DNA of 64,000 bases from Chthoniobacterales bacterium. Lineage in GTDB: Bacteria; Verrucomicrobiota; Verrucomicrobiia; Chthoniobacterales; DASVRZ01. Positions 44,242 through 53,793 of this stretch are shown piece by piece (position 1 is the stretch's first letter; each line of letters begins with the position of its first letter). The stretch spans positions 30,386 to 94,385 of the forward strand of contig JBBRNR010000009.1 of the NCBI GenBank assembly GCA_038230215.1, in the 5' to 3' direction. The notes beneath the pieces are model-generated. The model ran no database searches. It saw only the letters and a program-made list of their open reading frames with translations, and was not told where the DNA came from. The translations under genes were made by a program, and so were the position numbers.

Positions 44242-44323
44242 CACGTCCGTTGCCGCTTTCTGCGCTCCACCTTCGCAGCTACCTCGCCACGCTCCGCCGT
44301 CGCTGATCTTGTTCTCGTTGGGC
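44236..44323 (+). other. attC site 3 (left arm degenerate)
   Basis: ACCTAAC ... GTCGCTGATCTTGTTCTC-GTTGGGC; right arm matches attC2. Confidence 0.7.
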
Positions 44324-44346
44324 CGCTTTACACTTACTAAGCCGAG

Positions 44347-45285
44347 TTACATTGCACTCTTTGGCTCGCCGTTGAGGAAGACGTCCATCTGCTGGCCGAC
44401 ATAGACGGGGAAAGCGGGGCGCTCGAAGCGGTAAATGATTTGCAAAACGCGGGTATCGACGCGCTCGCTGCTGAGGCCGGTGAGCGATTGCTTCGGCACG
44501 ACATAGGGCTCGATGCGGACGAAATGGAGCACGACTTTTTTGTCGCGCGAACCTTTCAGAAACGCCACGGCTTCGCTGCCTGGGATGACGTGCGAGGCGT
44601 AATCTTCGTCCACGTCGGCGCGGAGTTGAAATTGATCGACGTCGCCCAGGAGCATCGCGGGCACATTGGTATTTAACTCCGCTGGCTCGCCAGCGCGGAT
44701 GTTCACCTGGAGGACGCGTCCATCGCGCGGCGCGAGGGTGGTGAGTCTTTCCAAGGTCACCTGGGCACGGCTGAGATCGGCCTCGGCCTGCTCCAACTCG
44801 GCCCGCGATTTTCCGAGGCTGGCACTGGCTTGCCGCGCGGCGAAGTCGGCCCGCGTGCGTTCGTCTTCGCTGGAGACCTGGCTCTTCGACAGCTTCTCGA
44901 TGCGCCGCAGCGTGTCGTTTTTATCGGCCAGCGCGACCTCGGCCAATGCAATGGAACTCCGCAGCACGCCGACCTGCGCCTGCTGGCTGGCGATGGCGGC
45001 CTTGGCGTCGCGGTCGTCGAGTTTGAAGAGCACGTCGCCCTTTTTCACCGTGTCGCCGACGGTCACGTTGACCTCGGAAACCAGGCCCGCGCTCGTCGGA
45101 GCGATCCGGACGTTTTCATTCACCGACTCGACGAGGCCACTCGCGCCGAGGGAATTGGCGAAGGGCGCGGACGTCGGCTGGGCCAGTGGAGCCACATGCG
45201 GATCGGGCCGGCGCAGTTTGGAGACGAGGAGAAACGCCATCACCACTCCGATGACAGCGAGATAAAACGTGGGTTTGCGGAACAT
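44347..45285 (-). CDS. Efflux membrane-fusion protein (HlyD/DevB-like)
   Basis: N-terminal anchor, lipoyl-like G.V..V.V..GD.VKKG, coiled coil and ERVDTRVLQ. Confidence 0.88.
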   Translation of the reverse strand: MFRKPTFYLAVIGVVMAFLLVSKLRRPDPHVAPLAQPTSAPFANSLGASGLVESVNENVRIAPTSAGLVSEVNVTVGDTVKKGDVLFKLDDRDAKAAIASQQAQVGVLRSSIALAEVALADKNDTLRRIEKLSKSQVSSEDERTRADFAARQASASLGKSRAELEQAEADLSRAQVTLERLTTLAPRDGRVLQVNIRAGEPAELNTNVPAMLLGDVDQFQLRADVDEDYASHVIPGSEAVAFLKGSRDKKVVLHFVRIEPYVVPKQSLTGLSSERVDTRVLQIIYRFERPAFPVYVGQQMDVFLNGEPKSAM

Positions 45286-45301
45286 AAATTTGGAACTCGA
45301 A

Positions 45302-45985
45302 TCAGGATTTTTTCTGCGCGTGGATGCCTTTCACCACGCCATCCTCCATCTCGGCGATGCGGTCGGCGAACTCAAAAATGCGGCTGTCATGCGTCACCAC
45401 AATCACCGCGCGGTCGGGGCGAAGGGCTGTTTCCTGGAGGAGTTCCATCACTTTGTGGCCACTCTTCGCGTCGAGCGAGGCGGTCGGCTCGTCGCAAATA
45501 ATCAGCCGCGGCTCGTGCACCAGCGCCCGGGCGATGGCCACGCGTTGCTGCTGGCCGCCAGACATTTGCGTGGGATAGGAACGCAGCCGGTCCCCCAGCC
45601 CGAGTTCGGAAATGGTGTGCGCCGCACGTTCCTCCGCCTCCTTGCGCGAGCAGCCGTTGATCAGGAGCGGCACGGAGGCGTTTTCGAGAATAGTCAGCGT
45701 CGGAATCAAATTAAATTGCTGGAAAATGAACCCGATGTTCTGACCGCGAAACCGGGTCAGCTCGCCCGGTTTCATCTCGTCCAGCGCGTGATCGAGCGTG
45801 CGAATGCGGCCTTCGTCGATCTTCAAAGTCCCGCAGATCACGCTCAGCAGCGTCGTTTTTCCGCAGCCGGACGGGCCAACCATCATGAGCAATTCGCCAA
45901 ACTGCGCGGAGAAATTCACATTGCGCAGCGCGAAGACACGCTGGTCGCCGACTCCGAAGGTTTTCACGACGTTTTCGACTTCCAC
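45302..45985 (-). CDS. ABC transporter ATP-binding protein (DevA/MacB-like)
   Basis: GPSGCGKTT, MSGGQQQRV and DEPT; start may be CTG at 46009. Confidence 0.92.
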   Translation of the reverse strand: MEVENVVKTFGVGDQRVFALRNVNFSAQFGELLMMVGPSGCGKTTLLSVICGTLKIDEGRIRTLDHALDEMKPGELTRFRGQNIGFIFQQFNLIPTLTILENASVPLLINGCSRKEAEERAAHTISELGLGDRLRSYPTQMSGGQQQRVAIARALVHEPRLIICDEPTASLDAKSGHKVMELLQETALRPDRAVIVVTHDSRIFEFADRIAEMEDGVVKGIHAQKKS

Positions 45986-46050
45986 GGCTGGGGAAATAGG
46001 CGGCTTCAGAAGGAACCTCCTTCATTCGGATGGAACTCGGATGTGAAACT

Positions 46051-46180
46051 CTGGGGAGCGCGGGCGGCTCGCCTGCTGTTTTCGGCGGCTCGCCGAAAAT
46101 CTGTGGACGCCCATCGAACCGCCACGCGGCCATTCGGCGAGCCGCCGAATGGTGCAGGCCAGCGGCCCGCGCTCCACGGA
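46051..46180. repeat. REPIN-like palindromic element inside the ABC operon
   Basis: ggagcgcgggcggctcgcctgc...ttcggcggctcgccgaa ... ttcggcgagccgccgaa...gcaggccagcggcccgcgctcc. Confidence 0.8.
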
Positions 46181-46199
46181 TTGTGCGCGCTTGACGGGT

Positions 46200-47333
46200 T
46201 CATTTGAAGACCACCGCTGGCTCGAGTTTGGCAATCTTGTGCAGGCCGAAGAGCGCGGACAGGCAGCAGATGAAAATGATCACACCGCCAGTAAAGGCCA
46301 AAATTTGCCACGGCATGAAGAATGGCGGCTGACCTTTTTTAATGACCAGATTTCCAAAGAGCGCGGCAAGTCCCACGCCCATCCCGTAGCCGACGGCCCC
46401 GACGACGAACGCCTGGAGAAAGACCATTTTCGCCAGGGTCGGCATCGTCGCACCCATCGCTTTGAGCGCGGCGAGATAGCGCAGATTCTCGTGGATGAAG
46501 AGGTAAAAGGTCTGCCCCGAGATCGCCACGCCGACGATGATCCCGAGCAAAACCACGGTGCCGAAGGAGATCGGAATCCCGGTATTTTTGACATACCACC
46601 AGATGGTTTCCCATTTGAAGGCCTCCGCCTCCACCGCCCGCAGACCGGGCAGTTTCGAGATTCGCGCCGCGCACTCGGCAGGGGAAATTCCAGCCCGGGG
46701 TTGCACGAGGATGAAGGACAGCCGCTTCCGCACAAATGGCACATATTCCAGCGCCCGATCGTAAGTCGTATAAACATAAGGCTGCCCAAAAAAACTCCGG
46801 GCCGTCTCGCAGATTCCGACGACCCTCGCCTCCTTGTCGTTGATCTCAAAGGTGGTGCCCAAGTGGAGTTTGAGTCCCTTCTTGGCAAATTTTTCCGTCG
46901 CGACCTGATCCACGATCACCGCGTTGGGCAGCCGCAAATCCTCGATTCGGCCCTCTTTCATCACTGCCGGACGGCCCACCAGTGTCGCCGTATCGAGCCC
47001 GGTGAGCTGGATTTGCTGAAACGATCCATCCTCCAATCGAGTCTGAGTCAGCCCCCAATACAGACGCACCGCCCAATCGACGCCGGGCACACTGCGAACG
47101 CGGTTCACCTCGATCTCGCGCATGGCCGTGACCTCATTCACCTGCTCCACGGCCCGATCCATCACCCAGACTGAGGCACCGATGTTTCGGATCGTCGCTG
47201 TGCACCACATCATGAGTCCGCAAAAAACCGACGACTGCTGCGACATGAGCAGTGCGCAAAACGTGAGCCCGCAGACCAGCATGGCGTATTTCGCCCGGTC
47301 CCGAATGAGCATGAAGATCGCAATGCGCAGCAT
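46200..47333 (-). CDS. ABC transporter permease (DevC/FtsX-like)
   Basis: MLRIAIFML.RDRAKY start, periplasmic domain, LAALKAMGA and KLEPAVVFK. Confidence 0.9.
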   Translation of the reverse strand: MLRIAIFMLIRDRAKYAMLVCGLTFCALLMSQQSSVFCGLMMWCTATIRNIGASVWVMDRAVEQVNEVTAMREIEVNRVRSVPGVDWAVRLYWGLTQTRLEDGSFQQIQLTGLDTATLVGRPAVMKEGRIEDLRLPNAVIVDQVATEKFAKKGLKLHLGTTFEINDKEARVVGICETARSFFGQPYVYTTYDRALEYVPFVRKRLSFILVQPRAGISPAECAARISKLPGLRAVEAEAFKWETIWWYVKNTGIPISFGTVVLLGIIVGVAISGQTFYLFIHENLRYLAALKAMGATMPTLAKMVFLQAFVVGAVGYGMGVGLAALFGNLVIKKGQPPFFMPWQILAFTGGVIIFICCLSALFGLHKIAKLEPAVVFK

Positions 47334-47456
47334 CGCAGGCAGTCTTTGGCGATGCGCCGCCATTTGCAACCCGCGAGTGAGCCCTATGAAGTGGAAACTG
47401 GCGGGCCATGGGTTAATGGGCGTCCCTCTGGCAACGCCGGGCCTCGCCCCATTCGT

Positions 47457-47834
47457 CTTCCGGGTCGTTCTAAACTGCTTCCGGGGCACTTTGAACGCCT
47501 TCCGGGGCGCTTTGAACGCCTTCCGAGCCTCTCTGCACGTCTTCTGTATCTCCCTGTTCGTCTTCCGAGGTCGTTTTGCACTGCTTCCGGGGCGGTCTGA
47601 TCTGCTTCCGGGGCGGTCTGGACGCCTTCCGGAGCGAGTTGCAGTGCTTCCGGAGTCCGCTGAACAGCTTCCGGGGTGAGTTACAGTGCTCCCGGACTCG
47701 ATGGGAGCGCTTCCGCTCGAGTCTGATCGTCTTCCGGGGCTCGCTCTACGTCTTCCGCGACGAGTTGCACGTCTCCGCAACCTCCCTGAAGCGCTTCCGG
47801 TCGGGCGAATCAGCTTCCGGGAATCTCAATTTTT
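47457..47834. repeat. ~18 x 21-bp degenerate tandem array (CTTCCG core)
   Basis: Cores at 47457, 47478, 47499, 47520, 47541, 47562, then (+1 slip) 47584, 47605 ... 47794, and 47814. Confidence 0.9.
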
Positions 47835-47896
47835 GAGGCCTATCTGCGGACGATTAGGCGTGAAAGACGGCGGCGGTTGGTTATGGTCTGTCCATC

Positions 47897-48871
47897 ATGC
47901 CCCCTCCCCGCAAAAAGATTGCCATTAAGAAACCTGTGATGACCATTGCCGAGTTTTACGCCCGGCACGCGGAGATTCTGGGGCTGAAATTGGTCGGGCC
48001 AGCCGTCGGGTTCGATCGCGAGATTCGCGAGCCGACGATCAATCGACCCGGTCTGGCGCTCTCGGGGTTCTTTAGTTATTTCGCCGAGAAACGCATTCAG
48101 GTGATCGGGAGCGCGGAGCTGACTTATCTGAAAACGCTCGGCCCGGTGGTGATGCGGGAGCGTTTTCAGAAGATCTGTGCGCGGAATATTCCCTGTCTCG
48201 TTTTCTCACGGGGAGTGGTGATCCCGAAGCCTTTGCTGGAAGAAGCCGTCAAGCAGCAGGTGGCGGTGTTTTCGACACCGATGGTGACGATGCGGTTTAC
48301 CAACGCGGCGACGATCGCGTTGGAAATGGATTTCGCCCCGACCACGTCGGAGCATGGGAGCATGGTCGATATCATGGGGGTCGGCACACTGGTGCGCGGG
48401 GCGAGCGGCGTAGGCAAAAGCGAGTGCGTACTGGGTCTGATCGAACGCGGTTACAGTCTGGTGGCGGACGATGTGACGCGGTTTCGGGCGTTGGAGGGTC
48501 GCGATCTCGTGGGCACGGCTCCGGATTTAACCCGTTACCACATGGAAGTGCGCGGGATCGGGGTGATCAATGTGTCGTCGATCTTCGGCATCGGCAGCAT
48601 TCGGCTGGAGAAGCGACTCGATCTGGTGGTCACGCTGCAAGACTGGAATGAAATGGAGGAGGTGGATCGGATCGGACTCGACCAGCAATATTACGAGATT
48701 CTGGGCATCCATGTGCCGCACATTATCATCCCGGTCCGCATGGGCCGCGACATCGCCCGCTTGATCGAAGTGGCGGCATTGGACCAAAAACTGAAGGGTT
48801 TGGGCCAAAATAGCGCGATGGAGTTCAATAAGCGGTTGCTAAGTCTGATGGAAAATAGGACAACTCATTGA
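47897..48871 (+). CDS. hprK: HPr(Ser) kinase/phosphorylase
   Basis: INRPGLALSGF, GASGVGKSE, LVADD and MEVRGIGVI. Confidence 0.96.
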   Translation: MPPPRKKIAIKKPVMTIAEFYARHAEILGLKLVGPAVGFDREIREPTINRPGLALSGFFSYFAEKRIQVIGSAELTYLKTLGPVVMRERFQKICARNIPCLVFSRGVVIPKPLLEEAVKQQVAVFSTPMVTMRFTNAATIALEMDFAPTTSEHGSMVDIMGVGTLVRGASGVGKSECVLGLIERGYSLVADDVTRFRALEGRDLVGTAPDLTRYHMEVRGIGVINVSSIFGIGSIRLEKRLDLVVTLQDWNEMEEVDRIGLDQQYYEILGIHVPHIIIPVRMGRDIARLIEVAALDQKLKGLGQNSAMEFNKRLLSLMENRTTH

Positions 48872-49179
48872 TGGGATTGCTAAGTAGAAAGCCAACGGAC
48901 GCCAGCGCGAAAAAAATCACCAAGGAACTCACCATCGTGAACCGGCTCGGGATGCACGCGCGGCCGGCTGCGATGTTTGTGAAAATCGCGAACCGCCACA
49001 AGGCCGAGTTGTGGGTGGAAAAGGACGGCGAGCAGGTGAATGGCAAGAGCATTATGGGTTTGATGATGCTGGCGGCGGGCCAGGGTTCGAAGTTGATCGT
49101 GACGGCGGATGGCTCGGATGCGGAGAAGGCGATCGGGGAAATCGAGGATCTGATCGCTCGAAAATTCGACGAGGAATAG
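48871..49179 (+). CDS. ptsH: Phosphocarrier protein HPr
   Basis: GMHARPA (His15) and NGKSIMG (Ser46). Confidence 0.93.
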   Translation: MGLLSRKPTDASAKKITKELTIVNRLGMHARPAAMFVKIANRHKAELWVEKDGEQVNGKSIMGLMMLAAGQGSKLIVTADGSDAEKAIGEIEDLIARKFDEE

Positions 49180-49277
49180 GGGCGAGGGCGGAGTTACAGG
49201 GGTTTGATGCAAGTATTTGCGGGGAAAATCGTTCTAGGATTGATTTCGCAGAAATAGCCCGTTATGACGGGTTTGCC

Positions 49278-51038
49278 ATGAGCGAACCTGACATTTCTCA
49301 AGAAAAAATCTTTGAGGGAATTCCTGTCGCTCCAGGCATCGCGCACGGGACGTTGTACGTTCATCACTCGGATGACGAGGAGCCGCCTCACATCGAGCTG
49401 ACGGAGGCCGACATTCCCAATGAGATCCAGCGTTTTGAAGCTGCCTTGGTGGCGACCCGCGCCCAGATCATCGATATGCAGCAGCGGATCGCGGTGGCCA
49501 TTGGAGCCAAGGACGCGAGTATTTTCGACGCGCATCTGCTGGTGGTCGAGGACCGCACACTGATCGACGAGGTGTTGCGGACGCTGGAGAAAAAGAAACT
49601 CAACGTCGAGACCATCTTCCTCAGTGTGGCCAATCGTTATTCCGACACTCTGAGCAAAATCGACGACCCGTATTTGCGCGAACGCGCCTACGACATTCAC
49701 GACGTAACCCGGCGAGTAATCCGCAATCTTCTGGGGAAAATGGGTCGCCCGCTGTCCTCGGTGGATTACCCGCACATCATCGCGGCGCAAAATCTGACGC
49801 CCTCTGACACGGCACTGCTGAACAGGGAATTTGTCCTCGGCTTCGCCACCGAAGGCGGCAGCAAGACGTCCCACACCGCGATCATGGCGCGGTCGCTCAA
49901 CATTCCCGCCGTGGCTGGTCTAGAGAATTTCATGGGGCATCTGCACGAGGGTCAGACCATTCTGATCGATGGTTATCAAGGGTGCGTTTTCATCAATCCG
50001 ACCCCGGCGACGCTGGAGAAATTTGGCCGGATCGAGGACCAAAAAGAACAGGTCGAGGAACGTCTCAGCGAGTTACGCGAAACCCTTTCCACCACATTGG
50101 ATGGCCGCCGCATCGTGCTGTCGGCGAACATCGAGTTTACCAACGACCTTCCGTCCATTCATGAAAGCGGCGCAGAGGGCATCGGCCTCTATCGCACCGA
50201 GTTTCTATACCTCAACCGCACAGATTACCCGACTGAAGAAGAGCAATACGAGGTTTACCTGAAAGTCGCCCAGACGGCGCTGCCTCACTCGGTCATCATT
50301 CGCACGATGGACATCGGCGGCGACAAATTCATCGGCGACGAGCGCAAAGAGCCCAACCCGTTTCTCGGTTGCCGAGCCATACGTCTCTGCCTCGAGAACA
50401 TCCCGGTTTTCAAGACTCAGCTTCGCGCCATTCTCCGGGCCAGCGCCCTCGAAAATGTGCGGTTGATGTATCCGATGATCTCCAGCGTGGAGGAATTGCG
50501 GAAGGCGAATCAGGTTCTCGCCGAATGCAAAAACGAGCTGCGAGGCGAAGGTCAGGGCTTCGCCGAAAAAATGGAAGTCGGCGTCATGATCGAAGTCCCG
50601 AGCGCGGCTCTTTGCGCCGATTTGCTGGCCCGTGAGGTGAGTTTCTTCTCCATCGGCACCAACGATCTCATTCAATACACGGTCGCCGTCGATCGGGTAA
50701 ACGAGCAGATCGCGCACCTCTACCAACCGACGCATCCGGCGGTTTTGCGGCTGATCAAAATGGTCGTGCGCTCGGCGCACTCGGCCGGAATCTGGGTCGG
50801 CGTCTGCGGAGAAATGGCCGGTGATGTGAGTTTGACTCCCCTCTTGCTCGGCCTCGGCATTGACGAATTGAGCGCCTCGGTTCCTTCCGTCCCGCGTATC
50901 AAGCGCGCTGTGCAAACACTCAATCAAAGCGAGTGCGAACGGCTCGCCGACCATGTGCTGAACTTCGACACCGCTAAGGAAATCCAAGACGCCATCGAGG
51001 CCCACGCCCGCGAGCATTATCCGGAATTGTTAGGCTAA
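49278..51038 (+). CDS. ptsI: PEP-protein phosphotransferase (Enzyme I)
   Basis: TSHTAIMARS, GIGLYRTEF, EPNPFLG.R and FSIGTNDLIQY. Confidence 0.95.
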   Translation: MSEPDISQEKIFEGIPVAPGIAHGTLYVHHSDDEEPPHIELTEADIPNEIQRFEAALVATRAQIIDMQQRIAVAIGAKDASIFDAHLLVVEDRTLIDEVLRTLEKKKLNVETIFLSVANRYSDTLSKIDDPYLRERAYDIHDVTRRVIRNLLGKMGRPLSSVDYPHIIAAQNLTPSDTALLNREFVLGFATEGGSKTSHTAIMARSLNIPAVAGLENFMGHLHEGQTILIDGYQGCVFINPTPATLEKFGRIEDQKEQVEERLSELRETLSTTLDGRRIVLSANIEFTNDLPSIHESGAEGIGLYRTEFLYLNRTDYPTEEEQYEVYLKVAQTALPHSVIIRTMDIGGDKFIGDERKEPNPFLGCRAIRLCLENIPVFKTQLRAILRASALENVRLMYPMISSVEELRKANQVLAECKNELRGEGQGFAEKMEVGVMIEVPSAALCADLLAREVSFFSIGTNDLIQYTVAVDRVNEQIAHLYQPTHPAVLRLIKMVVRSAHSAGIWVGVCGEMAGDVSLTPLLLGLGIDELSASVPSVPRIKRAVQTLNQSECERLADHVLNFDTAKEIQDAIEAHAREHYPELLG

Positions 51039-51087
51039 ACCCGCCTCCGCCCCTCGACTCGATTTTTGGGTGACTCAACCTGCCGAG

Positions 51088-51318
51088 TCGCATTCTTGTC
51101 CTGGTGTCTCAGAAACTCGCCGCGAATTCTCAGAAGCCGGGCCCGTCAACTCAGAAACTCGCCGCGACCGGACAGAAACTCGCGACGATTTGTCACAAAC
51201 TCAGTCCGACCAGCCAGATTCTTCTGAGCATTTATCGCCATTTCGCCGCGAATTATCAGAAGTTCGTGGTCATTTCTCGCCATTTCGAGACGATTTATCA
51301 GAAATTGCAGTTTTTGAG
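51088..51318. repeat. ~11 x 21-bp degenerate tandem array (TCAGAA/TCGCCA core) between convergent genes
   Basis: Cores at 51088, 51109, 51130, 51151, 51172, 51193, 51214, 51235, 51256, 51277 and 51298. Confidence 0.85.
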
Positions 51319-51320
51319 GG

Positions 51321-52292
51321 TCAAAGTCTGATCTGAGCCAGCACAAAGTCCGAAATTGCCGCCGGACTTGGGGCGTCCATTTTCTGCACCGGACTCGGTT
51401 GATAATCACCCATCCGGCAAATGCTGGCATTTTTCCAGATCCAAGCGTCGCGGTTGTAAGGACCCACCAGCAGCGGGTCGCTCCAAGTGTGGATCGAGAG
51501 GAGTCGCGACGTGATCGCCGCCGCAATATGCATGGGACCGCTGTCCACACTGACCGTAAAATCGGCGTGACGAATCAACCAGATGAGTTCGCCCAAAGTC
51601 GTTTGGCCGAGGAGATTGGTCACGTTTTCCGGCAGGTGATCCACGGTTTTTTCTCCGCCGACGAGCACGACGGCATGCGGCTGCAAGTCGCGGCAGAGGC
51701 GGACGACGTCGCTCTTTTTCATGGACTTGCCTTCGCCGCGAGAGAACGGATGGAGCAAAATAAAGCGCTCCGGCAAGTCGCCAGCGGGCCGCTTTCCCTC
51801 GGGCAAACGAAAGACCGGGGTCTCCATTTCACCCACATTCAGATGGCGGGCGAGCCGCAGGTATCGGTCCACCGCATGGAGCGACTCGGGCGGCAGGCGG
51901 ACCACTTGATGATAGAAAAACCCAGCGCCCTCCCGGGCATCGGAGAGGCCGACGATCTTTTTCGAGCCGAGAAAACGTGCAATCAAAGCCGTCCGCAGCA
52001 ATCCTTGGAAATCCAGCGCCAAGTCCGGCGTCCAGTGTCCCAGAGAACCGAGCCAGCCGGGTATGCGTAGCCAGCCGCGGAGGCCGCGAAACTGACGCCG
52101 CGGAAATTCGATGATGCGAGTCACATCGGGATGGCCCTCCAGCAGCGGGGCCCATTCGGGGTTGATCAGCCAGGCGATTTCACTTTCTGGCCAATGTGTA
52201 CGAATCGCGGCCACGGCGGGCAGGGTGTGCACCACGTCTCCGAGGGACGACGGTTTAAGAATCAGAATCCGCTGCGGATCTGGAGCAGCCAT
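51321..52292 (-). CDS. Glycosyltransferase family 9 (LPS heptosyltransferase-like)
   Basis: ILILKPSSLGDVVH, DFQGLLR and DSGPMHIAAA. Confidence 0.9.
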   Translation of the reverse strand: MAAPDPQRILILKPSSLGDVVHTLPAVAAIRTHWPESEIAWLINPEWAPLLEGHPDVTRIIEFPRRQFRGLRGWLRIPGWLGSLGHWTPDLALDFQGLLRTALIARFLGSKKIVGLSDAREGAGFFYHQVVRLPPESLHAVDRYLRLARHLNVGEMETPVFRLPEGKRPAGDLPERFILLHPFSRGEGKSMKKSDVVRLCRDLQPHAVVLVGGEKTVDHLPENVTNLLGQTTLGELIWLIRHADFTVSVDSGPMHIAAAITSRLLSIHTWSDPLLVGPYNRDAWIWKNASICRMGDYQPSPVQKMDAPSPAAISDFVLAQIRL

Positions 52293-53014
52293 TATTTTCC
52301 GAGTGCCAGGCGGTCGGCGAGGCGCTGCGGAAGACCGGCGGCCACGATTTTATCCTGAGCCAGATCGATATCGTACTCGACCCGGCGCAGTTCGATAAAA
52401 TTCCGGTTCGCGTCGTAGATCGTGTAGGCGGAACGCCAGTCGCCGTCGCGAGGCTGGCCAACGCTGCCGACGTTGATGAAATATTTTTTGCCCATCTCAA
52501 ACTTGAGCTTTTCCAGGGGCAGGCCGATCACCGCCCCGTCCCGAATGTAAACTCGCGGCGCGTGGGTGTGGCCGAAAAAACAGACCGAGGTGTGCTGGTA
52601 GGAAAAACTCGCCGCCGCATCGAGTTGGTTGAAAACGTAGCCCCATTTGTGCGGCGTATCGAGCGTGGCGTGAACGATCGTAAAGTCGCGGACCTGACGC
52701 ACCATGCGCATTTCGCGGAGCCAGTTTTTGTCCTCCTGGGTGAGGTTTTCGCGTGTCCAGTTCAGCGCTTCCTCAGCCAGCGGATTGAACCCGTCGAGCG
52801 CTTCGACTATCGCAGCCTGCTCGTCGTGGTTTCCCTTCACCACAGGGCAATCCAACTCGCGAATAAGCTGCACGCAGGCATGTGGATCGGCGTTGTAGCC
52901 GACGACGTCGCCCATGCAGACGTAGTGGGTGCAATTTTGCTTTTGGGCATCAGCGAGCACCGCCTGCAAGGCTTCGAGGTTGGCGTGGATATCTCCAAAA
53001 ATGGCAAAACGCAT
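52292..53014 (-). CDS. Metallophosphoesterase family protein
   Basis: DIHAN, GDVVGY, GNHD, GHTH and NVGSVGQPRDG. Confidence 0.92.
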   Translation of the reverse strand: MRFAIFGDIHANLEALQAVLADAQKQNCTHYVCMGDVVGYNADPHACVQLIRELDCPVVKGNHDEQAAIVEALDGFNPLAEEALNWTRENLTQEDKNWLREMRMVRQVRDFTIVHATLDTPHKWGYVFNQLDAAASFSYQHTSVCFFGHTHAPRVYIRDGAVIGLPLEKLKFEMGKKYFINVGSVGQPRDGDWRSAYTIYDANRNFIELRRVEYDIDLAQDKIVAAGLPQRLADRLALGK

Positions 53015-53037
53015 GGACAGGAAATCGTGATTATCTT

Positions 53038-53793
53038 TTAGCGGACGGATTTGTAAATCCTTTGTTCTTCGGGAATATGGAGTTGGTCTTCGAGCGTCTT
53101 GAGCAGGGTAATGACGGTCGGCTTTCGCTCGTCGTTTCCCCGCTGCCAGAGGTTACGTAGCTGATCGTATGCCAACCTCTCTTTTCCGGGGCATCTCGCC
53201 AGATGAATTGCTGCCGCGCGCTCCATATAAGCCGGTGCATCCTTCAATTTCGCTCCCAAGCGGTATTGTTCGGCGGCCCCGCACTCGTCGAAACGTTTTT
53301 GTTCGAGGAAAAGCGCGTAAGTGACACGCAACTGGTAGCTTTCCGGGTTGTTCTTAATCCCACGAATGAGAAAATCCTCGCCCAAATCAAAGAATTCGCG
53401 CTGCTCTTTCTTGCGAATGGCCAGTCGGGGCTGTTTCGGGTTCTCGAATGCGAAGACACTCCCATTCCAGGCCATGTGCCAGGCGGCGTTGTCCCAGAAA
53501 TAAAAATTTCGCGGCTCCAGAGCGGTCACATTGTCGAAGATGTGCGCCATGATGCCGTATTCGGTTTTCTCCCAGGCGGTGTGCGCCTGAATCCAGAGAA
53601 TGTCGGCAATCGGCGCACGGAAACCACTCAGCGCGGCGATAAAATTGGCCTGCCCGATGCGTTCGCGGAGAGAAAGATCGAGTTTGGCCGTGCGAAACTG
53701 GGCCGCTTGATGCTCCTGATTCAAATGCAACTCCAATGGCAGTCGCAACGCGCCGAAACCGAGTACCAATCCGATGAGCGCGAGCAATCGCAT
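53038..53793 (-). CDS. Hypothetical membrane-anchored TPR-like protein coupled to the ABC transporter
   Basis: N-terminal hydrophobic anchor; LSGFR..AD.LW and W..AWN helical repeats. Confidence 0.7.
   Translation of the reverse strand: MRLLALIGLVLGFGALRLPLELHLNQEHQAAQFRTAKLDLSLRERIGQANFIAALSGFRAPIADILWIQAHTAWEKTEYGIMAHIFDNVTALEPRNFYFWDNAAWHMAWNGSVFAFENPKQPRLAIRKKEQREFFDLGEDFLIRGIKNNPESYQLRVTYALFLEQKRFDECGAAEQYRLGAKLKDAPAYMERAAAIHLARCPGKERLAYDQLRNLWQRGNDERKPTVITLLKTLEDQLHIPEEQRIYKSVR

Noticed and set aside
47334-47780. N-terminal extension of the ABC permease (526-aa ORF)
   Set aside because: The extension is read-through of the stop-poor repeat array; the family-typical start is MLRIAIFML at 47333.
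49011-49277. N-terminal extension of Enzyme I (GAF-containing PtsP type)
   Set aside because: The extension overlaps ptsH in another frame and does not resemble a GAF domain; the start was placed at 49278.
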